NCBI GenBank assembly: GCA_021791755.1
Contig: JAJYWA010000003.1
Coordinates: 6,719-70,718, forward strand
Length of the DNA stretch: 64,000 bases
Direction: 5' to 3'
From: Actinomycetes bacterium
GTDB lineage: Bacteria > Actinomycetota > Acidimicrobiia > Acidimicrobiales > JAJZXF01
In this document: positions 26,560-35,851 of the stretch, in pieces
How the letters are laid out: each line of letters begins with the position of its first letter
How positions within the stretch are numbered: the first letter of the stretch is position 1
Program-made: the position numbers and the translations under genes
Notes under the pieces: model-generated
The model's database searches: none
Told to the model about the DNA's origin: nothing
The model's input: the letters and a program-made list of their open reading frames with translations, nothing else

Positions 26560-27378
26560 ATGGAGATCTTCGCGGCGATCGACATCCGGTCTGGCAGGTC
26601 GGTGAGGCTTGCGCAAGGCGATTTCAGTGCGCAGACAACCTACGGAGATCCTGTTGTGGTTGCCGAGTCGCTTCTCGATGCCGGCGTCAAGTGGCTCCAT
26701 CTGGTTGACCTCGATGCCGCTCGGACTGGTGAGCGAGCCAATCGTGGCATTCTGGGGTCGATAGTCTCCCGCGCGTCTGCACGCGGAGCCAATGTCCAGG
26801 TTGGTGGTGGTGTTCGCTCGTGCTTGGACGCGCTCGACCTGCTTGATCTTGGCGTTTCCCGCGTAGTCATCGGCACCGCGGCGTTCGAGAGACCTGAGAT
26901 CGTCAGTGAGCTGGCACGGGACCACCCCGGGGCGGTGGCGGTGGCGCTCGATCACCGGGCGCGTGCTGGTCGCGTGAGAGCTGTACCATTTAGTGCAGGC
27001 AAGACCAACCAGGAAGCGGCTGATCGGCTCGCCGAGCGTGAGGTGGCGGTCCGGGGATGGGCTGGTTCGTCTGGGGAGTCCCTTGTTGCCGCGCTCGGCC
27101 TTCTTGCTGGCAGCGGAGCAGCGACAGTGGTTGTCACGGACATCTCTCGGGATGGCATGCTCTCTGGTCCGGACATTCAGGGACTTGCAGATGTGCTCGA
27201 CCTGTCTGACCTGGCTGTCGTGGCATCTGGTGGCGTACGTTCGGTTGAGGACGTAGTGGCTCTCGCGTCTTTGGAAGTGAGGGGACGCCGCCTTGCAGGT
27301 GTGATAGTCGGGAAAGCGATCTCTGAAGGATTGCTGGACGTTCGAAAGGCTCTCGAGGCATGCGCGCAGTCAGGGTGA
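26560..27378 (+). CDS. hisA: ProFAR isomerase (HisA/PriA-type)
   Basis: [22 protein letters not shown]...HLVDLDAA...[15 protein letters not shown]. The start is taken at the internal ATG; the ORF track start at 26308 overlaps hisH. Confidence 0.9.
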   Translation: MEIFAAIDIRSGRSVRLAQGDFSAQTTYGDPVVVAESLLDAGVKWLHLVDLDAARTGERANRGILGSIVSRASARGANVQVGGGVRSCLDALDLLDLGVSRVVIGTAAFERPEIVSELARDHPGAVAVALDHRARAGRVRAVPFSAGKTNQEAADRLAEREVAVRGWAGSSGESLVAALGLLAGSGAATVVVTDISRDGMLSGPDIQGLADVLDLSDLAVVASGGVRSVEDVVALASLEVRGRRLAGVIVGKAISEGLLDVRKALEACAQSG

Positions 27379-28205
27379 TCCCGTGCCTTGACGTCGACTC
27401 GGGTCGGGTGGTGAAAGGAGTTCAGTTCGGTGACCTGCGCGATGCCGGTGACCCAGTAGAGCTGGCTCACCGTTATGATGCCGAAGGCGCTGATGAGGTG
27501 GTCTTCTTGGACATCACGGCTTCCTCCGAGGGGCGGGCGACAATGGTAGATGTCGTGCGCCGTGCCGCGGAGCAGGTCTTCATACCGCTTACCGTTGGTG
27601 GAGGGGTGCGCACTCTCGACGACGCGATCAAGCTGTTGCGGGCCGGTGCTGACAAGGTCGCTGTCAACACTGCTGCGGTCCAGGATCCGCTGCTTGTCAG
27701 CAGGATTGCAGAAGCTCTTGGGAGCCAGTGCGTCGTGGTGGCCATCGATGCCAGGGTCTCTGTTCCGCGTGGCAACGAGGAGTCGCCTGAGGGCGCCGCT
27801 GCGGTCCGAGGTGTGAACCACGAGCAGGTTCCAGGCGCTCCCCCCGAGCGCTGGGAGGTTTTCACGCACGGTGGCAGGTTTCCGGCCGGCATCGATGCCT
27901 GTGAGTGGGCTCTGAGGTGCCAAGAGCTCGGAGCCGGCGAGCTGCTTGTCACCTCTATGGATCGTGACGGCACGAAAGACGGCTTCGACGTAGCCCTGAC
28001 GCGGGCTATCACGTCGACATGCTCGGTTCCCGTCGTGGCGAGCGGGGGAGCCGGCGAGCTCCAGCACCTTGTCGACGTGGCTCTGTTGGGAGGAGCTGAC
28101 GCAGTTCTGGCTGCCTCGATCTTCCATTACGAAGAGCACTCGATCGCTGAGGCAAAGCGATATCTCGCTAGCCGTGGCGTCTCTGTACGGCCGCCCAATC
28201 CCTAG
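27360..28205 (+). CDS. hisF: imidazole glycerol phosphate synthase, cyclase subunit
   Basis: [31 protein letters not shown] and [12 protein letters not shown] blocks. Confidence 0.93.
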   Translation: MRAVRVIPCLDVDSGRVVKGVQFGDLRDAGDPVELAHRYDAEGADEVVFLDITASSEGRATMVDVVRRAAEQVFIPLTVGGGVRTLDDAIKLLRAGADKVAVNTAAVQDPLLVSRIAEALGSQCVVVAIDARVSVPRGNEESPEGAAAVRGVNHEQVPGAPPERWEVFTHGGRFPAGIDACEWALRCQELGAGELLVTSMDRDGTKDGFDVALTRAITSTCSVPVVASGGAGELQHLVDVALLGGADAVLAASIFHYEEHSIAEAKRYLASRGVSVRPPNP

Positions 28206-28454
28206 TCGGCCAGCGCCGAAAAGAGCGCCGGCCAATCCCGGCTGCCTTGCATTTCCAGTCATCGGCGCCCGCCCCAGCCGAGGTAGCAATGGAAATGTCT
28301 GGGCTGGCGATACCCATGCTGGCGGAGATGGCAACGCCATGGAGCTCGCACGGTAGCACAGCGCAGTGTGGCCCGCGCATTGGCAACGGATCCTTGCCGC
28401 CTGATACGGTCCTGTGCTCAGCGACGACGATCCTGATGTCCTAGCTTCGCGGTT

Positions 28455-28967
28455 GTGGAAGAAGTTGGCAGTGATCGACGGAAGTGGCGCAGCCCCCTGA
28501 GCCGTGAGCGGTTTCCCTCCATTGCTGTCAATGTTCTCTGGTGCGCTGTGATCTCCCTGGGACTTGCTGCAATCTCCGCAGAGGTGAGCGGGCTTCGTAG
28601 GTTCACGTGGGGAGCGCGCTTCGGAGTGTTTGGCTGCGCTTTCGGTGTCCTCGTCCTCGGCGGTCTCTGGAGTCGCCGGAGCTCGGCGCGCCAGCATGCT
28701 GCGTCTGGATCCCCGAGCGAGGCTACGTCACCCGAGCGAGCACCTCGTCGTATCGATCGGTGGGGACTGTCTGCGTGGCTGCTCGTCATCCTCGTTGCCG
28801 TGACCTGGGACGTCCTCGGACTGTTGACGCCCGCCAACCGTCCTCACCTTACGCTGAGCGCACTGGAGCTGGCATACCGGCCCTTTCACGCAGTTGTGTT
28901 TGCATGTTGGCTGGCAATCGGTTGGTTTCTGGCAGCTACACCGCTGAGAAAGAAGCAAGGCGGGTGA
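28455..28967 (+). CDS. hypothetical membrane protein
   Basis: 170 aa with 4 predicted hydrophobic helices. GTG start. No recognised domain. Confidence 0.45.
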   Translation: MEEVGSDRRKWRSPLSRERFPSIAVNVLWCAVISLGLAAISAEVSGLRRFTWGARFGVFGCAFGVLVLGGLWSRRSSARQHAASGSPSEATSPERAPRRIDRWGLSAWLLVILVAVTWDVLGLLTPANRPHLTLSALELAYRPFHAVVFACWLAIGWFLAATPLRKKQGG

Positions 28968-28987
28968 GCGCACTGTCGCTGTGTCGG

Positions 28988-29248
28988 ATGGGTGGAGCCA
29001 GCGTTCTGCACATTTTCCCGATGGTTGGGGTCTTGGTCGGATCCGACAAAGTTGTGGGGTTGGCATTCTGGTCGACGGTGTTTTTTATCTTGGGCGTCTT
29101 CGAGATCGCTGCACGGAGCCATGGGCGCCTCGTCCGACGCTCGCCGAGCATTGTGGACCTGATCAGGCGGTACCTGCGTCAACCTGTTGTGCGATGTGTC
29201 GCGATTGCTGTGTGGTTGTTCGCTGGTTGGCACCTGTTCTCTCATTGA
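28988..29248 (+). CDS. hypothetical small membrane protein
   Basis: 86 aa from an internal ATG (MGGASVLHIF) with 3 hydrophobic segments. Lies 20 nt after the previous gene. Confidence 0.4.
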   Translation: MGGASVLHIFPMVGVLVGSDKVVGLAFWSTVFFILGVFEIAARSHGRLVRRSPSIVDLIRRYLRQPVVRCVAIAVWLFAGWHLFSH

Positions 29249-29299
29249 TCTTCTCATTGATCTCATCGATCTCAAACTTGGGCTCATCTCTGGGCCAGC

Positions 29300-30110
29300 T
29301 CAACCGGTCATCGCTAAAGCTGCATTGCAGACGTCGTGAGCGGTTGACCAGTGGAGGGTGCGGCGGGGCATGGTGTTGAGGCGGCGCACGATCACGCGCC
29401 GATCCTCGGCCACCTCCACGTACCACGCACCATCGACGGCGCAACCAGGCACACGGTACAAGCAGGCCGAGCGACCTGCTCGACCTCGCAGCGCTCTCAC
29501 TCCGGATGAACCCGTAGCCGTAGCCGTAGTCGTAGCCTTTCTTGGTCACGAAAGCGACGGCAGGCTCAGGGCATACCTTGCCGTGCGAGCAGCCGGAGAA
29601 GAGCGAGTAGACGCTCGGCAGGTCAATGTCGGCGAACATCTCTTTGATCGGCCAACTTGCCGTCGGAAGCCTTTCATTCCCACAGACCAACACTTGCCAT
29701 GGCTTTGAGGAGTCCAACCGCGGCGCCTGTAATCCGAGCCCCTTCGCATACTCCGCAACCTGCTTCGTGGTTTCCGTGTAGGTGGGGTGCGCCTCGACAG
29801 GGACACCGTCGGCGATTGCTGTCTTCTCTCCTTGTCGGGCGCTCCTGTAGCGCATCGCAATCATGCGCTCGACACGGTTGACGTGCTCGATGTCTGGCTC
29901 CAGGAGCCACCAAGCCTGACTTGCCACCTCGACAAGGGCACGAGTCACTACGGAGGCAGAGACGGCAGAGCTCCCGTTCTTCGTCATCGCAGCGATGGCC
30001 GTCGCATGATCCAGGGCGACCATGAAGTTCAGTATGGCGAGGGCATTCGCCGAACGCACGGGTTCCTCGCCCCACGCTCCGACGGGGCAGTGCTCGCTCC
30101 GAGCACGCAT
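29300..30110 (-). pseudogene. hypothetical protein, apparently frameshifted
   Basis: The N-terminal ~190 aa read well (ALAILNFMVALDHATAIAAM...AWWLLEP). After the (CGTAGC)4 repeat at 29513-29536, high third-position GC moves to another frame that ends at 29300. The nominal ORF tail runs antisense into gene 28988-29248. Confidence 0.45.
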
Positions 30111-30201
30111 CAGCTCCTCAGCAGCGAGGGAACAGGAGCTGGGTCAACCTGCTCATCCGTGAGGACGTCCTGGATGTCAACAACGTCGTCCAATAGGCGC
30201 T

Positions 30202-30924
30202 CTAGCTTCGACAACTGACGAATGCGCGGATGTGCGCTTTGGCAGTGGCTGCAAATTGCCGAAAGGACAAACTCGACGATGGGAAAGTGACCTTCGTAGG
30301 TGTGCTGTTCGTTGCAAGCGTCAGACAGCAAGCGCTGTACTTGCGTTCAAGCACCAACCGGTCACATAGCACCTCATATCGCTTGGCATACGACGAACCC
30401 TTGAAGATCGGATCAACTGGGAAGTACGGTTCCACGTTGCGAACCGGCGCATGGACCTTTGCGCAGTCCTCTAGGAGGAAGAAGTAGCCGAGGAAAGGCG
30501 CCGGATTCTTACCGAATCGACCTTCCCGGTATGCCGTCCAAATGTCTTCGGCGTTGCCGATGGCTTCTTCCGTTCGGTTGTTGAAGTTGTTGCCAAAGCT
30601 CGGACCGACCTGCGACTTGAATTCCACAGCCACAAGGAGCTGGCCGTCAACGACGACCAGCAAGTCCCACTTCTTTTCCGGTCGGTAATAGCCGGGCAGC
30701 TCGAGCGCCGTGCCGACCCTGACATGGCCGGGCTCGAGTCCGGCATCGACGAGTACGTCTGTGAGGAGAACTTCGAGCGCACCCATCTGCGCTCCTCCCG
30801 TGACCGCACCCCGGGCGCCTGCGTCGATCCGTCCAGAATCGATCTGACGCTGCTGTTGTCGGGCACGAGAGTCCCAGAGCTCCTGGACGGCATCCTGAAA
30901 CCGCTCATCGAGGTTCGCTAGCAC
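30202..30924 (-). CDS. type II restriction endonuclease, XhoI/PaeR7I-like
   Basis: 240 aa. I recognise the block WDLLVVVDGQLLVAVEFKSQVGPSFGNNFNNRTEEAIGNAEDIWTAY as the XhoI/PaeR7I family (from memory, unverified). The GTG start overlaps the methylase stop by 7 nt. Confidence 0.65.
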   Translation of the reverse strand: MLANLDERFQDAVQELWDSRARQQQRQIDSGRIDAGARGAVTGGAQMGALEVLLTDVLVDAGLEPGHVRVGTALELPGYYRPEKKWDLLVVVDGQLLVAVEFKSQVGPSFGNNFNNRTEEAIGNAEDIWTAYREGRFGKNPAPFLGYFFLLEDCAKVHAPVRNVEPYFPVDPIFKGSSYAKRYEVLCDRLVLERKYSACCLTLATNSTPTKVTFPSSSLSFRQFAATAKAHIRAFVSCRS

Positions 30925-32660
30925 TCGAAGGCCCTTCGGGCATCTTCGATGCCGTAAGCGGCGAGCGCTGCCTCCGTAGCCTCGGGGACATTTCGATCAC
31001 GGAATGCATTTCGGAGACGAGCCTGGATGTTGCTGGCTATGGAGTCCGGTTCAGGCACTCGGATGCGTCGAAGGTATTGCGCCTGGAACCGAAGCGTCCC
31101 GCCTCGCATCTTCACGCAGTAGGCTTCGATGAAGAGCTGAGCAACACGGGAGAGCAGAAGGCCACCGAGAACTTCAAGGTCCCAGCGGTCGGACGTCAGG
31201 TAGTAAAGGTTGTGGTGCGGATACGTCTCACCCCGGTCGAGCGTTGGGTTGCTCATAAGCTTCATGTCCGGGAAGTAGAGCTTTGGCTTCCCGGTCAGGC
31301 CGTGGTTCACACGATCAATCGTCCTGTACCAGCCGCGAGCATTGCGCTTGGCGATATTGCGCCGGGTTAGCTCCTCGCGGTGGTCGTCTAAGTAGCGCCG
31401 GAGGAGAGGGTGCGAGTCGAGATCGACGAGCCCCTTGCCGTTCTGCCACGGATCTACGAGGTAGTGGCCCGACCAGCGCAGTTGACCAGTCCTCGTGTCT
31501 GCTGCCATCGCGAGGGGGAGCAGGCGGTCTGGCTCGACGACCGTGCTGTCCGTCGTGATGTACACGCTGTCGTTGCCCGTAGCAACACCGATGCCCACCT
31601 TGGTCCCCGTACGTTCATCTTCGAGCGGGTGGAGCTCGTCCTCCAGACGTTGCAGCACGGCGAGCTGATCGGGCCCGACTGAAGGCCACGGAGTGTGCCC
31701 GCTGAACCAGTGCGGCGCACGGGTTGCGGTGAAGCCTTGGAGCATCACGTCTCGTCCGTCAGCAAGATCGACGAGCGACTTGGCAATCGTGGAACCCGCC
31801 GGAGTCACACCGGAATCAGCTCCCGCATGGGCTACGACGACGTTGTCCTGCTGTGCTCGGCGAATGACGATGACCGCTGGATATGCTGATACTTCGTTCT
31901 CGAACGCCGGAGCGTCGTGCATCTCGATGACGACGTCCATGCTGAAGAGTTGTGCAACCAGGCGGCGCAGCTCTGCTCCGTATGCCGAGCGCATCCAGCG
32001 GTCGGCGCAGATGAACGCGAGCGCACCACCTTCAGCGAGCTGTCGCAGGCCCGCTTCGATGAAGCCGACGTAGATATCGCAGCGACCAACCATCGTCGGA
32101 AAGAGCCGGCGGTAGGCAGCGAACGAACCCTCCGGAAGGTCGTCATAACGGATGTAGGGAGGGTTGCCGATGACGAAGTCAGCCCTGTGGTCCTTCCTGG
32201 AGAGAAGGAGGTAGTCGCCAACGGCGACCCAGCCTTGCGCTATGGAGCGAGCCGTTCTCGCGTCGATTCCCCGATGGCGCAACTCCTGGACGGCGAGGTC
32301 GATGACCATGCGTGCCGACCGCTCATTGAGTTCGTAGGCGCGGAGAGCATGTCGGGCCTCGGAGAGAGAACGATCGTGCCTCTCAAGGGAATCGAGGAGG
32401 CGCCGGATCATCGGAAGCAGGAACGCTCCTTCACCTGCCGATGGCTCAACGGCATGCCGGACTGCAAGGTCGTTTTCTGGGACATATCCCACAAGGTCGA
32501 GGATCAGATCAACGACCCACTCCTTCGTGTAGACGATGCCCTTCGGCTCACCGACGGCGGTTATGCCCTCGATTTCGGGATCAGGCTCGGAGGGCTGAAT
32601 CGCACGACCCACGAGATCGACGTCGATGCCGAGGTCAAGTTGGGTCTGCTGTGCCGTCAT
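30918..32660 (-). CDS. N6-adenine DNA methyltransferase (Eco57I/TaqI-like gamma class)
   Basis: FVIGNPPYIRYDD (the NPPY motif) and an AdoMet block VEPSAGEGAFLL. The start is set at ATG 32660 (MTAQQTQ). The in-frame extension to 32786 lies inside the duplicated JAB-associated segment. Confidence 0.8.
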   Translation of the reverse strand: MTAQQTQLDLGIDVDLVGRAIQPSEPDPEIEGITAVGEPKGIVYTKEWVVDLILDLVGYVPENDLAVRHAVEPSAGEGAFLLPMIRRLLDSLERHDRSLSEARHALRAYELNERSARMVIDLAVQELRHRGIDARTARSIAQGWVAVGDYLLLSRKDHRADFVIGNPPYIRYDDLPEGSFAAYRRLFPTMVGRCDIYVGFIEAGLRQLAEGGALAFICADRWMRSAYGAELRRLVAQLFSMDVVIEMHDAPAFENEVSAYPAVIVIRRAQQDNVVVAHAGADSGVTPAGSTIAKSLVDLADGRDVMLQGFTATRAPHWFSGHTPWPSVGPDQLAVLQRLEDELHPLEDERTGTKVGIGVATGNDSVYITTDSTVVEPDRLLPLAMAADTRTGQLRWSGHYLVDPWQNGKGLVDLDSHPLLRRYLDDHREELTRRNIAKRNARGWYRTIDRVNHGLTGKPKLYFPDMKLMSNPTLDRGETYPHHNLYYLTSDRWDLEVLGGLLLSRVAQLFIEAYCVKMRGGTLRFQAQYLRRIRVPEPDSIASNIQARLRNAFRDRNVPEATEAALAAYGIEDARRAFEC

Positions 32661-32734
32661 GCGGTCGCCTCGCACCCATGGTTGTCGCGTGACCAGGACG
32701 TTCGGGCTCCCTTGAAGAGCAGCGATGGAGTGGT

Positions 32735-33410
32735 CATGGTTCGATGTTACGAGAACGGTGTGACGCTCTACCGGATATCCGCTCAAATCAGGGCCGGTGC
32801 AGGAACACCGACGTGTAGCCGCTCGTGGCGACCGCCACCAGGTGATCCACCAGAGCGAGCCCGTGACGGCCGTACGCAGCGGCTATGGCCCGGAAGGACG
32901 CCCGTTCGGCTTCCGTGGCGCTGAGCGGCCCGTCGCGGCGATAGCGGACGAGGATAGCGCCCGTCGCGCGGCACGCCTGGGCTCCGAGGAGCACCGGATG
33001 GGCGGAGAGCCGGACCAGCCTGAACCCAGCCGACGGCGACGACCACATGCCCGACGAAGCGGTGGCGGTCGTCCATGTAGACGACGAGGACCAGGTCCTC
33101 CCGGCGGGAGCGGACCAGGCCCCTTGCGACCCGTGCAGCCGATGCCGGGTCGTCGATACGCCTGGGCAGATTGGGCCCTGCCTCCGGAACAGCGTCCTAA
33201 TGGGACGCCGTTTGGCAGGAGCGTCCGGTGAGTGCTCGGAAGAAGAAGTGGAGTGAGGTTGTTGGGACCATCGTGGCACCCTCCAGTGAGTGTGGGTTCA
33301 TGGAGGTGACCCACACCCCTGGCCATGGCGGAGCGCCCGAGGGAACATCGTTCTCGAGCACGTCTTGAGGACGCAGCACGTCGCACGCGGCAGTACCAAG
33401 GTGCGGAGCC
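32735..33410. repeat. dispersed direct repeat, copy 1 (JAB-like gene plus a conserved upstream ~130 bp)
   Basis: Shares long near-identical runs with 35073-35460, for example CCGACGAAGCGGTGGCGGTC(G/A)TCCATGTAGA, GGTCACCTCCATGA and TTACGAGAACG(G/C)TGTGAC. Confidence 0.75.
32788..33180 (-). pseudogene. RadC/JAB-like gene, frameshifted and catalytically degenerate (copy 1)
   Basis: One frame reads LVVYMDDRHRFVGHVVVAVG. The next frame reads RLSAHPVLLGAQACRATGAILVRYRRDGPLSATEAE...LVDHLV. The HNHPSG position reads RYRRDG. The frame change is near 33012-33024. Confidence 0.55.
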
Positions 33411-33485
33411 GAAGCCACCAAGCGCAGAGGGCCGACGAGGCCAGCGGATCACCCGCGCCAGGCAAAGTTTGAAAGGCGGACGCGC

Positions 33486-33895
33486 CTATCCGCTGTCCAT
33501 GCGGGCCAAGAAGTCCCCGGGCCTCTCGATAATGATGCCGTGGAAGGAGCCTAGGCTGAGGAGATCCTCGTCGCCTGAAACGATGCAGTCCGCACCTCCC
33601 TTGGCGGCGGCTTCGAGCACGCGGTTATCGCTCTCGTCGCTGACGACTGCGAAAGCATCGGATGGAAACACCACTACGGCGGCGGCTTCAAACAGCTCCG
33701 CGAGCCGCGAGCCGTTCGGGATGGCGTTCGCCAGCTTCGGATAGGCGAGGACGCGCCGTAGCTCAGCAAGTAGCGGCGGGCTCGACACCAGCGTGATCCG
33801 ACCATCGAGCGAGCATCGAGCACCAGAGCGGGCGATCCCTGCCAGCCCATCCCGGACACGATCACATTCGTGTCGAGAACAACCCGCAGCATCAC
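33486..33895 (-). pseudogene. PIN-family toxin (TIGR00305-like) disrupted by an 11-bp duplication
   Basis: The N-terminal frame reads MMLRVVLDTNVIVSG...SPALVLD. The C-terminal frame reads GRITLVSSPPLLAELRRVLAYPKL...DNRVLEAAAKGGADCIVSGDEDLL. Removing 11 nt at 33804-33814 restores ...LVLDGRITLVSS... Confidence 0.7.
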
Positions 33896-34173
33896 GCGAC
33901 GGTCCGAGCCGCCGCGATCGCCTCATCAATGACGGACACATCAAGGCCAGCATTAGCGACGCTCTTGCGCACCTCCGTCAAGCGCTCTCGCAGCTCTGCT
34001 TGAGCGACCTGCCTTCGGGCCTCTGTCAGTCGCTCGTACTCGGCTGGGCTGACGATCACCGCCAGCGCCTCTCCCCGGCGCGTCAGCACGACTGGCTCGT
34101 CGTCGGCTGCCACTTCCTCGGCAATCTGCCCCAGTCTGGCTCGGGCTTTATCGACCCCGATTGTTCGGTCCAT
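33892..34173 (-). CDS. Phd/YefM-type antitoxin (intact)
   Basis: 93 aa (IGVDKARARLGQIAEEVAADDEPVVLTRRGEALAVIVSPAEYERL). The stop overlaps the PIN ATG (ATGA). Confidence 0.75.
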   Translation of the reverse strand: MDRTIGVDKARARLGQIAEEVAADDEPVVLTRRGEALAVIVSPAEYERLTEARRQVAQAELRERLTEVRKSVANAGLDVSVIDEAIAAARTVA

Positions 34174-34994
34174 CGCTGTACTCCTATCGTTCTACCGTAC
34201 TCTTAACAGTACGGAAAACCTAACTGGATGTCAACATGGGTCGTCCCTCCAAGCAATGATCCGAGTTGACGTTTCCTCACGCGACAGTTCGGGCCACGGG
34301 CGCCGACGCCTGACAACCCGCCCACTGACGCGGCGCAGACGAGGAACGCATCCAGTGGGGACCTGAAGGTAACCCGCCCTGAGCGTCATCCCTAGTCCAT
34401 CCCTACAACTGTTCGTTGAATCGATCTGCGGCGAGTCCGGCGAAAACAGCCCACAGCCGCGAAAACCCAGCAAATATGCTGGAGTCCAGGGCTCCGGTGT
34501 GCCACGAACGAAAGGAGAGGCGTGAAGTTATGACGTAGGTAACGCTGCTGTTTTCGATGCTGTGCGAGAGATGAAGGATGGCCCTTCGGAGTCGCCCTGC
34601 GGGGAGAGGCTCCAAACCGCCGTGTGCTGCGTTGGCTGAAGACCGTCGTGGTAAGCGATCACGGAAAAGGCACGCTTGACGTGTCAGGTGGGACTGTCGA
34701 GCGATGGCAGCGCTTGTTCATCGACGAGATTGACACTGTTACCGCTGACCATCGCCCCACCTGGCAGACCCCGGACAAGTACAACCCAGCCCGCCTGTCC
34801 AATAGCGCAGTCGACATCGCCCACACCATCTGAACTGAACACGCTCCCCTGACGACAGTGCCTAGCCTGCTGCGGGAAATTGAGGGCGAAGCCTTTGCCC
34901 GACCTGCGGAACCTAGGTTCGTAGGTAGCCCGGTAGATGTTCGGTGCGATACCGCCCCTCGGGATGCGGTCGAGTTCCTGAGCGATCGTTGGGT

Positions 34995-35291
34995 TCATGT
35001 GTTCTGTTCCTGTTGTGGCCTGACATGGAACACTGCCCACTGTACCGCAGGACCGCCTAAACCTGATCGCTCACTGTTACGAGAACGCTGTGACAGCCTG
35101 CGTGAACTAGGCGATTTGTCACAGGCCGATCTGACAGCGACGATGGCGGAGCCGACGAAGCGGTGGCGGTCATCCATGTAGAGGACGAGCGTGGTGCCCT
35201 CTCGATGATGGCGGAGCAGGTCACCTGCGAGTTGTGCAGCAGCCGCAGGCCCGTCGATCCGACGGGGGAGGTTGAGCTGTGCTTCGGGCAC
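34995..35291 (-). pseudogene. RadC/JAB-like gene remnant (copy 2, truncated)
   Basis: PEAQLNLPRRIDGPAAAAQLAGDLLRHHREGTTLVLYMDDRHRFVGSAIVAV matches copy 1. Homology then stops, so the C-terminal JAB half is missing. Confidence 0.5.
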
Positions 35292-35460
35292 AGCGTCATG
35301 AGCGGCGGGTGAACGTCCGGATGAGGTTGAAGGTTGTCGGGATCATCGTGGAGCTCTCCAGTGATCGTGGGCTCATGGAGGTGACCAACTGCCCCAGGCA
35401 AGGGCGGAGCGCCCGAGGAGGAATGGTCCTACGAGCACGTCTTGAGACCGAAGCCCCACT
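35073..35460. repeat. dispersed direct repeat, copy 2 (internally deleted)
   Basis: Same orientation as copy 1. It lacks about 270 bp, which correspond to the JAB C-terminal half. Confidence 0.75.
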
Positions 35461-35594
35461 GCATGGGGTGGTACGTGTCTAGGAGTGAAGCCCCTCGACT
35501 GATTGGGCGCCCACATGGGCCGATGCACCGCTCATCAGCCGCGTTGACCGATGCCACGAGAAGGCGCCACACTGCGTACACAAAGGAGACACAA

Positions 35595-35851
35595 ATGGCC
35601 AAGGTGAAGAGCGTCGGCGTCCGTGAGTTCCGCAACAACGCCAGCACGTACCTCTCTGGCTCGGAGACGATCGCTGTCAACGGCACGGCAAGGTGATCGG
35701 GTTCTACATCCCCCTCGATCGGGACGAGGACGAGGTCCGGCGTGCTGTCGCCCAACTCGGTGCTGCTGTCGGCCAGGTCCTCGAAGAGACGGGCATGACC
35801 GAAGAGGAGCTGGCACGGGCGTTCGACCTGCGACGGCCCATGCCTGAATGA
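35595..35851 (+). pseudogene. Phd/YefM-like antitoxin with a 1-nt frameshift
   Basis: AAAGGAG RBS. MAKVKSVGVREFRNNASTYLSGSETIAVN hits a stop at 35694. The -1 frame continues RHGKVIGFYIPLDRDEDEV...RPMPE and ends in an ATGA overlap with the next gene. Confidence 0.65.

Noticed and set aside
29163-29299. 3' tail of the 315-aa ORF 29163-30110
   Set aside because: It runs antisense through the small membrane-protein gene, has low third-position GC and reads as low-complexity nonsense.
30110-30331. 73-aa ORF between the endonuclease gene and the frameshifted unknown gene
   Set aside because: Its first 43 codons overlap the endonuclease gene in another frame. Only a ~34-codon TTG-initiated remainder could be real. 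The TGATG coupling to the next gene is suggestive but not enough to call a gene.
32661-32786. N-terminal extension of the methyltransferase ORF
   Set aside because: This stretch belongs to the duplicated JAB-associated segment (it matches 35075-35097). The methylase homology begins after MTAQQTQ.
34174-34994. Small ORFs 34624-34833 (+) and 34684-35040 (-) in the middle of the island
   Set aside because: Parts of both have coding-like third-position GC (for example ERWQRLFIDEIDTVTADHRPTWQTPDKYNPARL and MNPTIAQELDRIPRGGIAPNIYRATYEPRF). However, they overlap each other convergently and match nothing I recognise. They are probably gene fragments.
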